This document shows, in pieces, positions 32,526 to 41,911 of a stretch of DNA of 64,000 nt (the first letter of the stretch is position 1; every line of letters starts with the position of its first letter). The notes below the pieces were generated by a model. The model was not told where the DNA came from and did no database searches. It saw only the letters and a program-made list of their open reading frames with translations. The stretch lies in assembly GCA_947446975.1 (NCBI GenBank), contig CANFHM010000007.1, forward strand, positions 7,459 through 71,458, read 5' to 3'. The position numbers and the translations under genes are program-made. Origin of the DNA: Microthrixaceae bacterium (lineage in GTDB: Bacteria > Actinomycetota > Acidimicrobiia > Acidimicrobiales > Acidimicrobilacustridaceae).

Positions 32526-32984
32526 TCAGCCCTTCCGGACCAGCGGACGGCCGTAGTCGCTCGAGACGACCTCGACGGAGGCGGCGGCAGCGGCGGCCGC
32601 ACGCTTGTCACGCTTCTGCCACCAGACCCACAGCGCGATCTGGGCGCCGAGGAACACCACGTAGATGAGCACGGCGATGATGTCGCGGATGGTCTGGTAG
32701 CTGACGGTCATGGGGAACCAGCCGCCGTAGGCCTGCGGCTTGATGATGTCGCCCGGGCCGAACAGCAGCTTGTCGGGACGCCAGTTCAGCTCGTTGTCGG
32801 CCCAGGTGAGCCACAGGTGCGGGATGATCCCGTAGAACCAGATGAACAGGAAGAACGTGTACACCGACGCCACCATCGCCTCACCCCAGGTGAGCGGTGT
32901 GCCGACGGGTCGACGCTTGGCGAACGGGATCACGAGCGCCGTGAGCGCGATGCCGATCAACAGGGCTGTAATAAGCGCAACCAC
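32526..32984 (-). CDS. Hypothetical 3-TM membrane protein, first gene of the respiratory operon
   Basis: GTG 32984 preceded by GGGAGGA; three hydrophobic segments; stop 2 nt before the ferredoxin ATG. Confidence 0.8.
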   Translation of the reverse strand: MVALITALLIGIALTALVIPFAKRRPVGTPLTWGEAMVASVYTFFLFIWFYGIIPHLWLTWADNELNWRPDKLLFGPGDIIKPQAYGGWFPMTVSYQTIRDIIAVLIYVVFLGAQIALWVWWQKRDKRAAAAAAASVEVVSSDYGRPLVRKG

Positions 32985-33000
32985 CCGGGTTGGTCCTCCC

Positions 33001-33018
33001 TCGTGAACGTTCTCACAA
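33001..33018. promoter_or_regulatory. Rex-type (or CRP/GlxR-type) operator
   Basis: TCGTGAA-CGTT-CTCACAA, two mismatches to TTGTGAA-N4-TTCACAA; lies between a minus-strand -10 (TACGAT, 33019-33024) and the RBS. Confidence 0.7.
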
Positions 33019-33254
33019 ATCGTAACTTCAGACAGGTGCCCCGGGATCATCGGATGATGCGGTCTGGTCGCGGGGCGTGGGTGATTGTCTACCACCCGTG
33101 AAGAGAGGGTGAGACATTCATCGGCCACGTTTCCACCCGACGTGGAAACCGCTCCCATACTTGGCTCCCGGCCACATCCATCGTCTAGGTTTGCCGCACG
33201 TTCCGACCCGTGGGTCGAGCTTCATCTCATCCACCTTCCTTCTCCGGAGGAGCT

Positions 33255-34082
33255 GTGACCGAAGTTCCCGAGCATCTGCTCAAGCGCTCAAAAGACCGTC
33301 GATCCGCGATGAGCGGAGAGGCCCCGAGCGGCGACTCCCCGGCTGCAGCGGCTCCGGCCGCCGAGCCCGGCTCGGGTGTCGAGGCCACGGCTCCGGCAGC
33401 TGCCGCCAAGGTCGCCGCCGCCACGCCGGCGGTCGCTGCAGAACCGGCGTTCGTGCCCCCCTATGTCGAGGCGGCGCTCAAGCGCAAGAAGATCCCGGTG
33501 TGGGCCATGCCCGTGCTGGCGTTCCTCCCGGTGTGGGTGTTCATCTACATCGGTGGTCTCTCGCCCGCCAGCGACGGCAAGCCCACGCAGCTGGCCCAGG
33601 GCCAGGCGATCTTCGCCGCCCAGTGCGCCGGTTGCCACGGTTCCGCCGGTGGCGGCGGCGTCGGCCGCCCGATGAACGAGGGCAACCTCATCAAGACCTT
33701 CCCGGACATCATCGGGCAGCTGGAGTTCGTCTGGCTCGGCAGCAATGGCGTCGGTCCCGCCGGCACGCCCTACGGCGACCCTGATCGCGAGGGTGGTCAG
33801 CACAAGACCCTCAGCTACAACGGCAATCCGATGCCGGCGTTCAACAAGTCACTCAAGCAGTCCGAGCTCCTCGCCGTCGTGCGCTACGAGCGCGAGGTGC
33901 TGTCGGGCTACAAGATCGACCCCACCCAGATCGACGCCAAGGGGCAGCTCACCTACGGCAACAGCAGCCCATACCTCGACGCCGAGGGCCAGCTCGTCAC
34001 CCCTGAGGGCAAGCCGCTGTTCGACTCGGCCGGCAAGCTCACCATCGAACCGAACTGGACGATGCCGGTCGGGAGCAAGTGA
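33255..34082 (+). CDS. Membrane-anchored monoheme cytochrome c
   Basis: GTG 33255 after GGAGG; one TM, then CAGCH and NPMPAF. Confidence 0.9.
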   Translation: MTEVPEHLLKRSKDRRSAMSGEAPSGDSPAAAAPAAEPGSGVEATAPAAAAKVAAATPAVAAEPAFVPPYVEAALKRKKIPVWAMPVLAFLPVWVFIYIGGLSPASDGKPTQLAQGQAIFAAQCAGCHGSAGGGGVGRPMNEGNLIKTFPDIIGQLEFVWLGSNGVGPAGTPYGDPDREGGQHKTLSYNGNPMPAFNKSLKQSELLAVVRYEREVLSGYKIDPTQIDAKGQLTYGNSSPYLDAEGQLVTPEGKPLFDSAGKLTIEPNWTMPVGSK

Positions 34083-34118
34083 TCATCGCCGATCTCGGCT
34101 GATCCTCACGAGATGTGC

Positions 34119-34146
34119 GAAGGACCCCGCTGCGGCGGGGTCCTTC
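34119..34146. terminator. Hairpin between convergent cyt c and hemL
   Basis: GAAGGACCCCGC-TGCG-GCGGGGTCCTTC, perfect 12-bp stem. Confidence 0.75.
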
Positions 34147-34199
34147 CGCGTCCGGGGCCGGCGGATCATGGCCCGGATCCTGCTGCGGACCCGGAACCG

Positions 34200-35480
34200 T
34201 CAGCGCTGCTCGGCCACCTGCGCGGCAGCCCCGGCGGCGGCATCGGCGATCGCCGTGAGCGTGGCGTCGTCGTGCGCGAGACCCGGGAACATCACCTCGT
34301 AGGCACCCGGGGCTATGGCGACGTCCCGTTCGAGCAGCGCATGGAAGAACGCCGCATACATCGCCTCATCGGTGGTGCAGGCGGACTCGTAGTCGGTGGG
34401 AGCGGTGGGACCGAAGAAGAGTCCGAGCAGCGACGCGAATCTCGGCACCTGCACGGTGATGCCTGCGGCGGCGAACGCGCTGGCGAACGCTCCGGCGAGA
34501 CACTCCGCTCGTGAATCGATGAGCGCATAGGCGTCGTCGTCGAGCAGTTCGAGTGCGGCGAGGCCGGCGGCGGTGGCCAGGGGGTTCCCCGAGAGCGTGC
34601 CCGCCTGGTAGACGGGGCCGAGCGGGGCCAGGTTGTCCATGAGTTCGGCCCGCCCGCCGAAGGCCCCCACCGGGAGACCGCCACCGATGATCTTGCCGAA
34701 CGCGGTGAGATCGGGGCGCACCCCGAGCAGGCCCTGGGCACCACCGCGGGCCACCCGGAACCCGGTGATCACCTCGTCGAAGATGAGCAGTGCGCCGACG
34801 CGATCGCATTCGGCGCGCAGTCCCTCGAGGAAGCCAGGCACCGGAGGCACCAGACCCATGTTGGCGGCGCAGGGCTCGACGATGACGGCGGCGAAGGAGT
34901 CGTCGAGACGGGGCACCACGTTGTACGGCGCCACGACGGTGTCGGCGATGGCGTTCGCAGTGACGCCTGCGGATGCGGGGATGCCGAGCGAGGCCATCGC
35001 CGTGCCACCGGAGACGAGGAGCCCATCGCTGTGACCGTGGTAGTTGCCGGCGAACTTGAGCAGCTTCGATCGACCGGTGGCACCGCGGGCCACACGGATG
35101 ACGCTCATCGTGGCCTCGGTGCCGCTGTTGACCATGCGCACCTTCTCGCAGGACGGCACGCGCTCGGAGATGGCCTCGGCGAGCTGCACCTCACGAGGCG
35201 TGGGAGCGCCGAACGATGTGCCGTCGCCGACGGCATCGCGGATGGCGGCGACGATCCTCGGATGGGCGTGGCCGGCGATGACGGCGCCGTAACTCTGCAC
35301 GAGGTCGATGAACACGCGACCCTCGACGTCGGTGACCCGCGCCCCGGAGCCACTGGCCACGAAGTAGGGCGTTCCACCGACCGAACGGAAGGCGCGCACC
35401 GGCGAGTTGACGCCACCGGGGATGACCCTCTGGCCTCGGGCGAAGAGCTCGGCGTTGGTGGTGGGGAGCGGCTCGCTCAT
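34200..35480 (-). CDS. hemL: Glutamate-1-semialdehyde 2,1-aminomutase
   Basis: IPGGVNSPVRAF, NSGTEAT, FDEVITGFR, FGKIIGGG, AGTLSGNP; start overlaps the hemB stop. Confidence 0.95.
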   Translation of the reverse strand: MSEPLPTTNAELFARGQRVIPGGVNSPVRAFRSVGGTPYFVASGSGARVTDVEGRVFIDLVQSYGAVIAGHAHPRIVAAIRDAVGDGTSFGAPTPREVQLAEAISERVPSCEKVRMVNSGTEATMSVIRVARGATGRSKLLKFAGNYHGHSDGLLVSGGTAMASLGIPASAGVTANAIADTVVAPYNVVPRLDDSFAAVIVEPCAANMGLVPPVPGFLEGLRAECDRVGALLIFDEVITGFRVARGGAQGLLGVRPDLTAFGKIIGGGLPVGAFGGRAELMDNLAPLGPVYQAGTLSGNPLATAAGLAALELLDDDAYALIDSRAECLAGAFASAFAAAGITVQVPRFASLLGLFFGPTAPTDYESACTTDEAMYAAFFHALLERDVAIAPGAYEVMFPGLAHDDATLTAIADAAAGAAAQVAEQR

Positions 35481-36460
35481 GACTGCAGCAGTTCTGCGAT
35501 GTCGGCGGCGAAGTAGGTGAGGATCATGTCGGCTCCTGCTCGGCGGATGGCGGTGAGATGTTCGAGCGCCACGGCATCGCCATCGATCCAGCCACGTTCT
35601 GCAGCGGCCTTCACCATCGCGTACTCCCCCGACACGTGATACGCAGCCATCGGGATGTCGACCTCGGCCCGGGCCCTCGAGATGATGTCGAGATACGCCA
35701 TGGCCGGTTTCACCATGACGATGTCGGCGCCCTCGCTGATGTCGAGTCGGATCTCCTCGAGCGCCTCCCGGGCGTTGGCGTAGTCCTGCTGGTAGCCCTT
35801 GCGGTCGCCACCGCCGACGATCGAGACATCGACGGCGTCGCGGAACGGGCCATACAGCGCCGAGGCGTATTTGGCGGCGTAGGCCATGATCGAGACCTGC
35901 CCGAAATCGTCGTCGTCGAGCGCATCGCGGATGGCCATGACGGCACCGTCCATCATCCCCGAGGGAGCGACGATGTCGGCGCCGGCCTCCGCCTGGGCCA
36001 GCGCCACCTCGCCGTAGAGCTCGAGGGTGGCGTCGTTGTCGACATCGCCGTGATCGTCGAGCAGTCCGCAGTGACCGTGCGAGGTGTACTCGTCGAGACA
36101 CAGGTCGGCCATGAGCACGATGGAGTCGCCGACATCGTCACGCAGCTGCCGCAGCGCCACCTGCACGATGCCGTCGGGATCCCATGCCCCCGAGCCCTGC
36201 GCATCCTTGGTGGCGGGGACGCCGAAGAGGATCACACCGGGGACACCCAGCGACACCAGGCGGGCGACCTCGGTGCGCAGGGAGTCGATGGTGTGCTGCA
36301 CCACCCCCGGGATCGAGGCGATCGGCTGCGGGGCATCGATGCCCTCGCGCACGAACAGCGGGGCGATGAGATCGTCGACCGAGAGCCGGGTCTCGGCCAC
36401 CATTCGGCGAAGTGCGGGGGTTCGCCGGAGGCGACGGAGGCGACGTTGCGGGAAGGTCAT
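35477..36460 (-). CDS. hemB: Porphobilinogen synthase
   Basis: RRLRRLR, CLDEYTSHGHC, APSGMMDG, MVKP, AYHVSGEY. Confidence 0.96.
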   Translation of the reverse strand: MTFPQRRLRRLRRTPALRRMVAETRLSVDDLIAPLFVREGIDAPQPIASIPGVVQHTIDSLRTEVARLVSLGVPGVILFGVPATKDAQGSGAWDPDGIVQVALRQLRDDVGDSIVLMADLCLDEYTSHGHCGLLDDHGDVDNDATLELYGEVALAQAEAGADIVAPSGMMDGAVMAIRDALDDDDFGQVSIMAYAAKYASALYGPFRDAVDVSIVGGGDRKGYQQDYANAREALEEIRLDISEGADIVMVKPAMAYLDIISRARAEVDIPMAAYHVSGEYAMVKAAAERGWIDGDAVALEHLTAIRRAGADMILTYFAADIAELLQS

Positions 36461-36470
36461 CGCCCCCAGC

Positions 36471-37379
36471 CTAGGCACGACCCCCGTGACGACCGCTGCC
36501 GAAGCCACGGCGATGGGTGATGAGCGCGTCGACCAGTCCGTCGACGGTGTGCACCTCGGCGATGACCGTGATGCGCAGGCCATGGTGGCGGGCCACATCG
36601 GCGGTGACCGGGCCGATGCATGCCACGATCGGCGGTGCCGAGTCGACGCCGAACACCGCGACCCACTGATCGACGGTGGAGCCCGAGGTGAACGTGACAG
36701 CATCGGCCGATGCCACCTCGGCCCGCTCCGCTGCGGTGATGACGGCGGGGACCGTGCGATACGCCGTGACGACATCGACCTCCCAGCCGAGATCGCGGAG
36801 ACCCTTGGGCAGGACGTCGCGGGTGACCTCCGCCGACGGGATCAGCACCTTCGTGGATCGCGACCCGTGTGTGAACGACACGGGTCGGCCCGATGATGCG
36901 GCGGGGCCGACCGGCGCACCCGGGAGATCGGCCCCGTGGGGTCCGGGGAGCGGGAAGGCCTCGAGCAGCGATTCGGCGATGAACCGCTCGGGCACCAGAT
37001 CGGCGGTGAGTCGATGCCGGGCGAGTTCGGCCACGGTGGCGGTGCCGATGGCCGCGATGCGTACATCGGCGAGGTCGCGGGAGTCGCGGAGCACACCGCA
37101 GAAGCGGCTCACCGCGTTGGCGGAGCTGAACACGACCCAGGCGTAGTCGTCGAGCGCGCCCGCTGCGGCTGCCAGTGCCTGCGCATCGTCGAGCGGGTCG
37201 ACGATGTCGATGGTGGGCACGGAGATCGCATCGGCCCCTTCCGCCCGGAGGCGATCGAGCAGCGCCGAGCGCTGGTGCCGGGGCCGGGTGACCACGACAC
37301 GGAGGCCCGAGAGCGGGCCTGCCGGCTGATCGGCGGGGAGGTGCCGGGGCTGGTCCGCCGGCGCTGCGTCTGTGTCCAC
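36471..37379 (-). CDS. hemD: Uroporphyrinogen-III synthase
   Basis: VVTRP, FSSANAV, IGTAT, FTSGSTV, IGPVTA. Confidence 0.9.
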   Translation of the reverse strand: MDTDAAPADQPRHLPADQPAGPLSGLRVVVTRPRHQRSALLDRLRAEGADAISVPTIDIVDPLDDAQALAAAAGALDDYAWVVFSSANAVSRFCGVLRDSRDLADVRIAAIGTATVAELARHRLTADLVPERFIAESLLEAFPLPGPHGADLPGAPVGPAASSGRPVSFTHGSRSTKVLIPSAEVTRDVLPKGLRDLGWEVDVVTAYRTVPAVITAAERAEVASADAVTFTSGSTVDQWVAVFGVDSAPPIVACIGPVTADVARHHGLRITVIAEVHTVDGLVDALITHRRGFGSGRHGGRA

Positions 37380-37512
37380 CCCGAGAGCCTAGGAGGTGAG
37401 GAGTTCGTCACATCGGGCCGTTTTCGATCGGTTCAGGTTGTGTCCGGTCCATTTAGCGCTAAATTCACATCCCGCAGTGGAAACCCAACAGAACCAGTTC
37501 TCGGAGGCAGTC

Positions 37513-37818
37513 GTGGAATCGATCCTGATCAATGCAGATCGTCCGGCTTGGATGGAACAGGCAGCCTGCAAGGGCCGCACCAACCTCTTCTTCGGGATCG
37601 CCGGCGAACGTCCGGAACGACGCATCCGCCGTGAGGAATCCGCCCGCAAGGTCTGCGCCGAATGCCCGGTCCTGCTCCCCTGCCGTGACCTCGCCCGCAT
37701 CAACCGTGAGAACGGCTTCTGGGGTGGCGAGACCGAGGAGGAGCGTGCAGCCTCCGGTCATGCACCTCGCTCGATCAGTCGTCGTTCCGTGCAGGAAGCG
37801 GCCGTCCGGGCCAGCTGA
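37513..37818 (+). CDS. WhiB-family Fe-S transcriptional regulator (WhiB3/WhiD-like)
   Basis: W..QAAC..FF..CAECPV..C..GFWGG; GTG start 5 nt after GGAGG. Confidence 0.9.
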   Translation: MESILINADRPAWMEQAACKGRTNLFFGIAGERPERRIRREESARKVCAECPVLLPCRDLARINRENGFWGGETEEERAASGHAPRSISRRSVQEAAVRAS

Positions 37819-37840
37819 GCCATCGGTGGGCCCCCGCTGA

Positions 37841-39247
37841 TCAGCGAGGGGTCCGCACTGCTTCATAGGCGGCGAGCGCCCGCTGCCGGCTGGCCCGCAG
37901 GTCGACGATGGGCTGCGGGTACTCCACTCCGAGCGTGATACCCGCAGCGGCGAGCTCGAGCGGACCTGCTGCCCAGGGCTCATGGATGGCGGTGTCGTCG
38001 AGACCCGAGAGTTCGGGCACCCATCGACGGATGTAGGCGCCGTCGGGATCGAATCGCTGGCCCTGGAGCACGGGGTTGAAGATCCGGTTGTACGGCGATG
38101 CGTCCGGGCCGGTTCCGGCCACCCACTGCCAGTTGCCCACGTTCTGGGGGGTGTCCGCGTCGACGAGCACATGGCGGAAGTGACGCTCGCCGCGTCGCCA
38201 GTCGACGAGCAGGTTCTTCACGAGGAACGATGCCGTGACCATCCGCACACGGTTGTGCATCCAGCCGGTGTCGCGGAGCTGGCGCATCCCGGCATCGACG
38301 AACGGGATCCCCGTGCGACCCTCGGTCCAGGCGAGGAAGCCCTCATCGTCGTCGAGCCATTCGATCGCCTCGAACTGGGGCTTCATGGGCGCCCGCACCA
38401 GCGTGGGGGTGGCGTGCAGGAGATGGGCGTACCAGTCGCGCCATGCCAGCTGCCGCACCAGCGCGGCGCGCCCCGGGGTGGACTCGCCCACCACCCGGGC
38501 GACGGTGCGGGCCGACAGGGTGCCGAACTTCAGGTCCGCCGAGAGCTCCGAGGTTCCCTGGATGCTCGGCGTGTTGCGTTCGTCGTCGTAGCGGTCGGCG
38601 CGCGCCGCGGCGAGCAGGAGGCGGGCGAACGCGCCCTGTTCTCCGGGTTGCGCGGCATCACCCGTGAGCCCGTCGCCGAGCGGAGAGGACTCGGGAACCG
38701 GGAGTGGATCGCCCTCTGCGGCCAGCACCCGGGCCTCACCCGGCTCCGGCCATGGTTCCCACGCCGTGCGCGCCCACACCCGGTGGAACGGCGTGAAGAC
38801 CTGGGACAGACCGCCGGCCGCGGTGCGCACCGCGCCGGGCCGATGGACGAGCGTGCCCCAGTGTCCGTGCCATGCCACCGCGTGTTCGGCGAGGCGCCGC
38901 TGCACGGCGAGATCACGGTCGGTGGCGAAGGGCGACACATCGAGGTTCACATGGACCGCTGTCGCACCGTGCGATGCGACCACCTCGGGGATCACCGCCC
39001 GGGGATCGCCGTGCCGCACGAGGAGCTCCCCGCCGAGTGAGCGCAGCCGCGCACGGAGGGCGGCGAGATCAGCGAGGAGCCGCGACCGCCGCGCCGGGCC
39101 GGACCGATCCAGCAACCGGGGGTCGAGCACGAACAGTGCGAGCACCGACGCATGGGAGGAGGTGGCCGCGGCCCACGCCGGATTGTCGTCGAGTCGCAGG
39201 TCCCGACGGAACCAGACCACGGCGGGCGCGTCGGTCAGGATCGGCAT
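37841..39247 (-). CDS. Deoxyribodipyrimidine photolyase
   Basis: WFRRDLRLDDNPA, TSELSADLKFG, GWMHNRVRM, GNWQW, RIFNP. Confidence 0.92.
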   Translation of the reverse strand: MPILTDAPAVVWFRRDLRLDDNPAWAAATSSHASVLALFVLDPRLLDRSGPARRSRLLADLAALRARLRSLGGELLVRHGDPRAVIPEVVASHGATAVHVNLDVSPFATDRDLAVQRRLAEHAVAWHGHWGTLVHRPGAVRTAAGGLSQVFTPFHRVWARTAWEPWPEPGEARVLAAEGDPLPVPESSPLGDGLTGDAAQPGEQGAFARLLLAAARADRYDDERNTPSIQGTSELSADLKFGTLSARTVARVVGESTPGRAALVRQLAWRDWYAHLLHATPTLVRAPMKPQFEAIEWLDDDEGFLAWTEGRTGIPFVDAGMRQLRDTGWMHNRVRMVTASFLVKNLLVDWRRGERHFRHVLVDADTPQNVGNWQWVAGTGPDASPYNRIFNPVLQGQRFDPDGAYIRRWVPELSGLDDTAIHEPWAAGPLELAAAGITLGVEYPQPIVDLRASRQRALAAYEAVRTPR

Positions 39248-39257
39248 GCGATGCGGT

Positions 39258-40271
39258 TCAGGCGATGGGTCGGCCGAAGGGCAGCTCGGACCGCCAGCCG
39301 AGCAGGAACGCCTCGGCCCGCTCGCACGCGGCGAGCAGCGGTCCCTGTTGCGCACCGAGGACCTCGCCGAGTGCGGAGGTGACCATCTCGGCCGCGGCCG
39401 CAGGGAGGTCGTCGGGGAGAGATGCGCCATCGGCCGGCCAGGCGGCGAGCCCGCCACCGGTGACGATGAAGTCGGGCAGCACGACAGTGCCGGCGCGCGT
39501 GAGCATGGCGAGGGCCTTGGCCGAGACGGGCATCGTGCCGTACGGGACGACCACACCGGCCTTCACATGCGGCGCACCGTTGTGGTCGAGCGCACCGGTC
39601 TTGGACCCGACGAGGAGGGCATCGGCCTTCGTGCCGAACAGCGCCCAGCCGGGCTTGGCGTCGACACCGAGTTCGTTGACGATGTCGGCCCGGTGGGCGG
39701 CGAAACCATCGGTGAGCGAGCCGAGATCGAATCCGGCGGCCGATGCGGCGGAGCCCGACGCCGTGCTGAGCGCCACGATGTGGGCGCCCCGGGCGATGAG
39801 TGCGGTGGCGAGCTCGAGGCCGGCGGCGTCGAACCCCTCGATGGCGATGGTGCGGCCGTCGAGTCCGCCGAGCGCGAGTTCGGCTGCGGCGACCACGCCG
39901 GCACGCCGGAGATCAGCGGCGCCGTCGATGGCGGCGGGAGGACGCGGATCGGACTGTCGCAGTGCGGCGATCTCGGCGGCACCGAGGCCCTTCGCGGCAT
40001 CGAGCAGCACCGTGCCGGAGTCCGGGGTGAACTCCTCGACGAAGGCGGCGATCGCCTCGGCCCGGTTCTCCGGCGGGGTGTTGATACCGGCCGACGCCCC
40101 GCCCACGCGGCGTTCGAACGATGCGAACTGATAGGTCTGCGATCGGGCCAGCCACGTGGCTCCGTCGAGGAGGAGTTTCGGGGCGAGACGCACGATGCCG
40201 CACGACAGCGGGGCGTCGTCGAGATCGGTGACGACGAAGGCATCGACGGAGGTCAGTCTGCGAGTGCTCAC
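39258..40271 (-). CDS. Glu/Leu/Phe/Val dehydrogenase-like protein with degenerate active site
   Basis: GIVR..LARSQTYQFA..GGASAGI, LDGRTIAIEGF, VLPDFIVTGG resemble the ELFV family. Confidence 0.7.
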   Translation of the reverse strand: MSTRRLTSVDAFVVTDLDDAPLSCGIVRLAPKLLLDGATWLARSQTYQFASFERRVGGASAGINTPPENRAEAIAAFVEEFTPDSGTVLLDAAKGLGAAEIAALRQSDPRPPAAIDGAADLRRAGVVAAAELALGGLDGRTIAIEGFDAAGLELATALIARGAHIVALSTASGSAASAAGFDLGSLTDGFAAHRADIVNELGVDAKPGWALFGTKADALLVGSKTGALDHNGAPHVKAGVVVPYGTMPVSAKALAMLTRAGTVVLPDFIVTGGGLAAWPADGASLPDDLPAAAAEMVTSALGEVLGAQQGPLLAACERAEAFLLGWRSELPFGRPIA

Positions 40272-40313
40272 CCGAGAAGTCTCGCACACCGCCCGATGGA
40301 GCAGACTTGTCCG

Positions 40314-40847
40314 ATGAACAGTTCCCCCACTGAGCCCGTCCCGACCGGAACCATCCTCGAGGTGGTCGTGGAGATCCCCCGGGGGTCACGCAACAAGTAC
40401 GAGTTCGACCACACCACCGGACGCATCAAGCTCGACCGGCGCCTGTTCTCCGCCACGACCTACCCGGCCGAGTACGGCTTCGTCCCCGACACGCTCTCTG
40501 AGGACGGTGACCCGCTCGACGTGCTCGTGCTCACCGAGGATCCGACCTTCCCGGGCTGCTGGATCGATGTCCGCCCCGTGGGCGTGCTGTGGATGGAGGA
40601 CGACGCCGGACGCGACGCCAAGATCCTGTGCGTGCACCCGGTGGAACCCCGCTGGGCCGAGACCCACGACATCGGCGATGTCCCCCCGGCCACGCTGGCG
40701 GAGATCAAACACTTCTTCACCGTGTACAAGGATCTCGAACCAGGGAAGTTCTCGATCATCGAGGAGTTCGACGGGCGTGATGCGGCATGGGCCGAGATCG
40801 CGGCCTCGAGGGCGCGCTACGTTCCGCACTCCGGAACCAACCGCTGA
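40314..40847 (+). CDS. ppa: Inorganic pyrophosphatase (family I)
   Basis: EIPRGSRNKYE, DGDPLD, FFTVYKDLE. Confidence 0.95.
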   Translation: MNSSPTEPVPTGTILEVVVEIPRGSRNKYEFDHTTGRIKLDRRLFSATTYPAEYGFVPDTLSEDGDPLDVLVLTEDPTFPGCWIDVRPVGVLWMEDDAGRDAKILCVHPVEPRWAETHDIGDVPPATLAEIKHFFTVYKDLEPGKFSIIEEFDGRDAAWAEIAASRARYVPHSGTNR

Positions 40848-40867
40848 ACGGGCGGCGGCCACACACG

Positions 40868-41794
40868 ATGTCGACGGGTGAATCCAAGCGAGCGATCCTC
40901 GCCGCACTGCTGGCCAACCTCGGCATCGCCATCGCGAAGTTCGTGGGGTTCGCGTTCACGATGTCGAGCTCGATGCTCGCCGAGGGTGTGCACTCCGTCG
41001 CCGACACCGGCAACCAGCTCCTGCTGCTGCTCGGCGGCCGCCGGTCCCGGCGTGCCCCCACCGACCGGCACCAGTTCGGCTTCGGTCGGGAGCGCTACTT
41101 CTGGGCGTTCGTCGTGTCGATCGTGCTGTTCACCCTCGGTTCGGCGTTCGCCGTGTTCGAAGGGGTCGAGAAGATCCTCCATCCGCATCAGCTCGAATCG
41201 CCCGGCTGGGCGATCGGCATCCTCGCTGTGGCCTTCGTGCTCGAGGCGTTCTCGTTCCGCACCGCCGTGCACGAGGCGCGCCCGGCGAAGGGCAGCGGCG
41301 GATGGGCCGGGTACATCCGGCACTCCAAGGCACCGGAGATCCCGGTGGTGCTGCTCGAGGACACGGGGGCACTGATCGGTCTCGGGATCGCCCTCGCCGC
41401 GATCATCATCGACACCGTGACCGGGAACGCCATCTGGGACGGCATCGGCACCCTGGCGATCGGCCTGCTGCTCGGCGTGATCGCGATCGTGCTGTGCGTG
41501 GAGATGAAGAGTCTGCTGATCGGCGAGTCGGCGAGCCCGCGGGACGAGGACGCCATCCGTGCGGCCATCGATCGGTCGCCCGATGTGGAGCAGCTGATCC
41601 ATCTGCGCACCGAGCACATCGGTCCGGAGGACATCCTCGTCGCGGCGAAGATGCAGTTCCGCCCGGATCTCACCATGGCGCAGCTGGCGGAGACGATCGA
41701 TGCCGTCGAACGGGAGATCCGTCTCGACGTGCCGATGGCGACACGGATCTTCATCGAACCGGATCTGCTTCGTCCGAGCTCGCCGATCGAGTGA
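40868..41794 (+). CDS. Cation diffusion facilitator family transporter
   Basis: EGVHSVAD, FGFGRERY, LLED, C-terminal IFIEPD. Confidence 0.92.
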   Translation: MSTGESKRAILAALLANLGIAIAKFVGFAFTMSSSMLAEGVHSVADTGNQLLLLLGGRRSRRAPTDRHQFGFGRERYFWAFVVSIVLFTLGSAFAVFEGVEKILHPHQLESPGWAIGILAVAFVLEAFSFRTAVHEARPAKGSGGWAGYIRHSKAPEIPVVLLEDTGALIGLGIALAAIIIDTVTGNAIWDGIGTLAIGLLLGVIAIVLCVEMKSLLIGESASPRDEDAIRAAIDRSPDVEQLIHLRTEHIGPEDILVAAKMQFRPDLTMAQLAETIDAVEREIRLDVPMATRIFIEPDLLRPSSPIE

Positions 41795-41911
41795 CCCCCG
41801 GGGGTGCTCGTCCGGGCCGCCCAGGAAATCCGACCTGTTGGGTCGACTTTCGGACGGGAACGTCTACACTGTCGATCCGACCAGCATCCCGACAGCCCCT
41901 GGAGGCCCCTG

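Noticed and set aside
33185-33203. Possible IdeR/DtxR box CTAGGTTTGCCGCACGTTC
   Set aside because: Only the left half matches; better explained as the TAGGTT -10 of the cyt c gene
38664-40313. Long N-terminal extension on ppa (727-aa ORF)
   Set aside because: Overlaps the photolyase and GDH-like genes on the other strand; real ppa starts near 40314
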